Assembly (NCBI GenBank): GCA_040954595.2
Contig: CM082577.2
Span: 3,057,703 to 3,121,702 of the forward strand
DNA length: 64,000 nucleotides
Direction of reading: 5' to 3'
From: Balanoglossus misakiensis
Lineage: Eukaryota; Animalia; Hemichordata
Shown: positions 1-64,000 of the stretch, one piece after another
Layout of the letters: each line of letters starts with the position of its first letter
Numbering within the stretch: the stretch's first letter is position 1
The notes under the pieces: model-generated
Databases searched by the model: none
The model's input: the letters and a program-made list of their open reading frames with translations, nothing else
What the model was told of the DNA's origin: nothing
Translations under genes and position numbers: made by a program

Positions 1-63969
<63,969 letters not shown>

Positions 63970-64000
63970 CTGTGAAACAAATAAAAAATATACACATTAA

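Overview
Metazoan genomic DNA, probably a marine invertebrate (AT-rich introns, abundant TACATGTA, MITEs). The whole 64 kb is the interior of one very large minus-strand gene. I traced 163 exons (E1-E163, numbered from the window start; E1 is cut by the edge), each flanked by phase-1 introns and a multiple of 3 nt long, mostly 114-132 nt. Each exon encodes one EGF-like module and two exons encode two, giving 165 modules and roughly 6,700 aa with no stop codon. No start, stop or other domain type lies in the window. Every complete module has 8 cysteines rather than 6, typically C-x4-C-x5-C-x(3-9)-C*-x4-C-x-C-x2-C*-x5-C. The two extra Cys sit where tandem EGF domains normally contact each other, which suggests an inter-domain disulfide-stapled rod (inference). 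Split codons co-vary across introns: 35 of 36 exons starting with G complete an Arg codon and no junction makes a stop. This argues for consecutive splicing into one giant polypeptide rather than a Dscam-like mutually exclusive array. The protein is almost lysine-free. Other features are a triplicated higher-order exon block, two intron-loss fused exons, one GC-AG intron, several MITE families (notably an 85-bp TTAA-flanked piggyBac-like one), microsatellites and an intronic motif/palindrome cluster. Most ORFs in the supplied track are exon-plus-intron read-through or antisense noise. Exon peptides omit the first, intron-split residue. All counts were made by hand.
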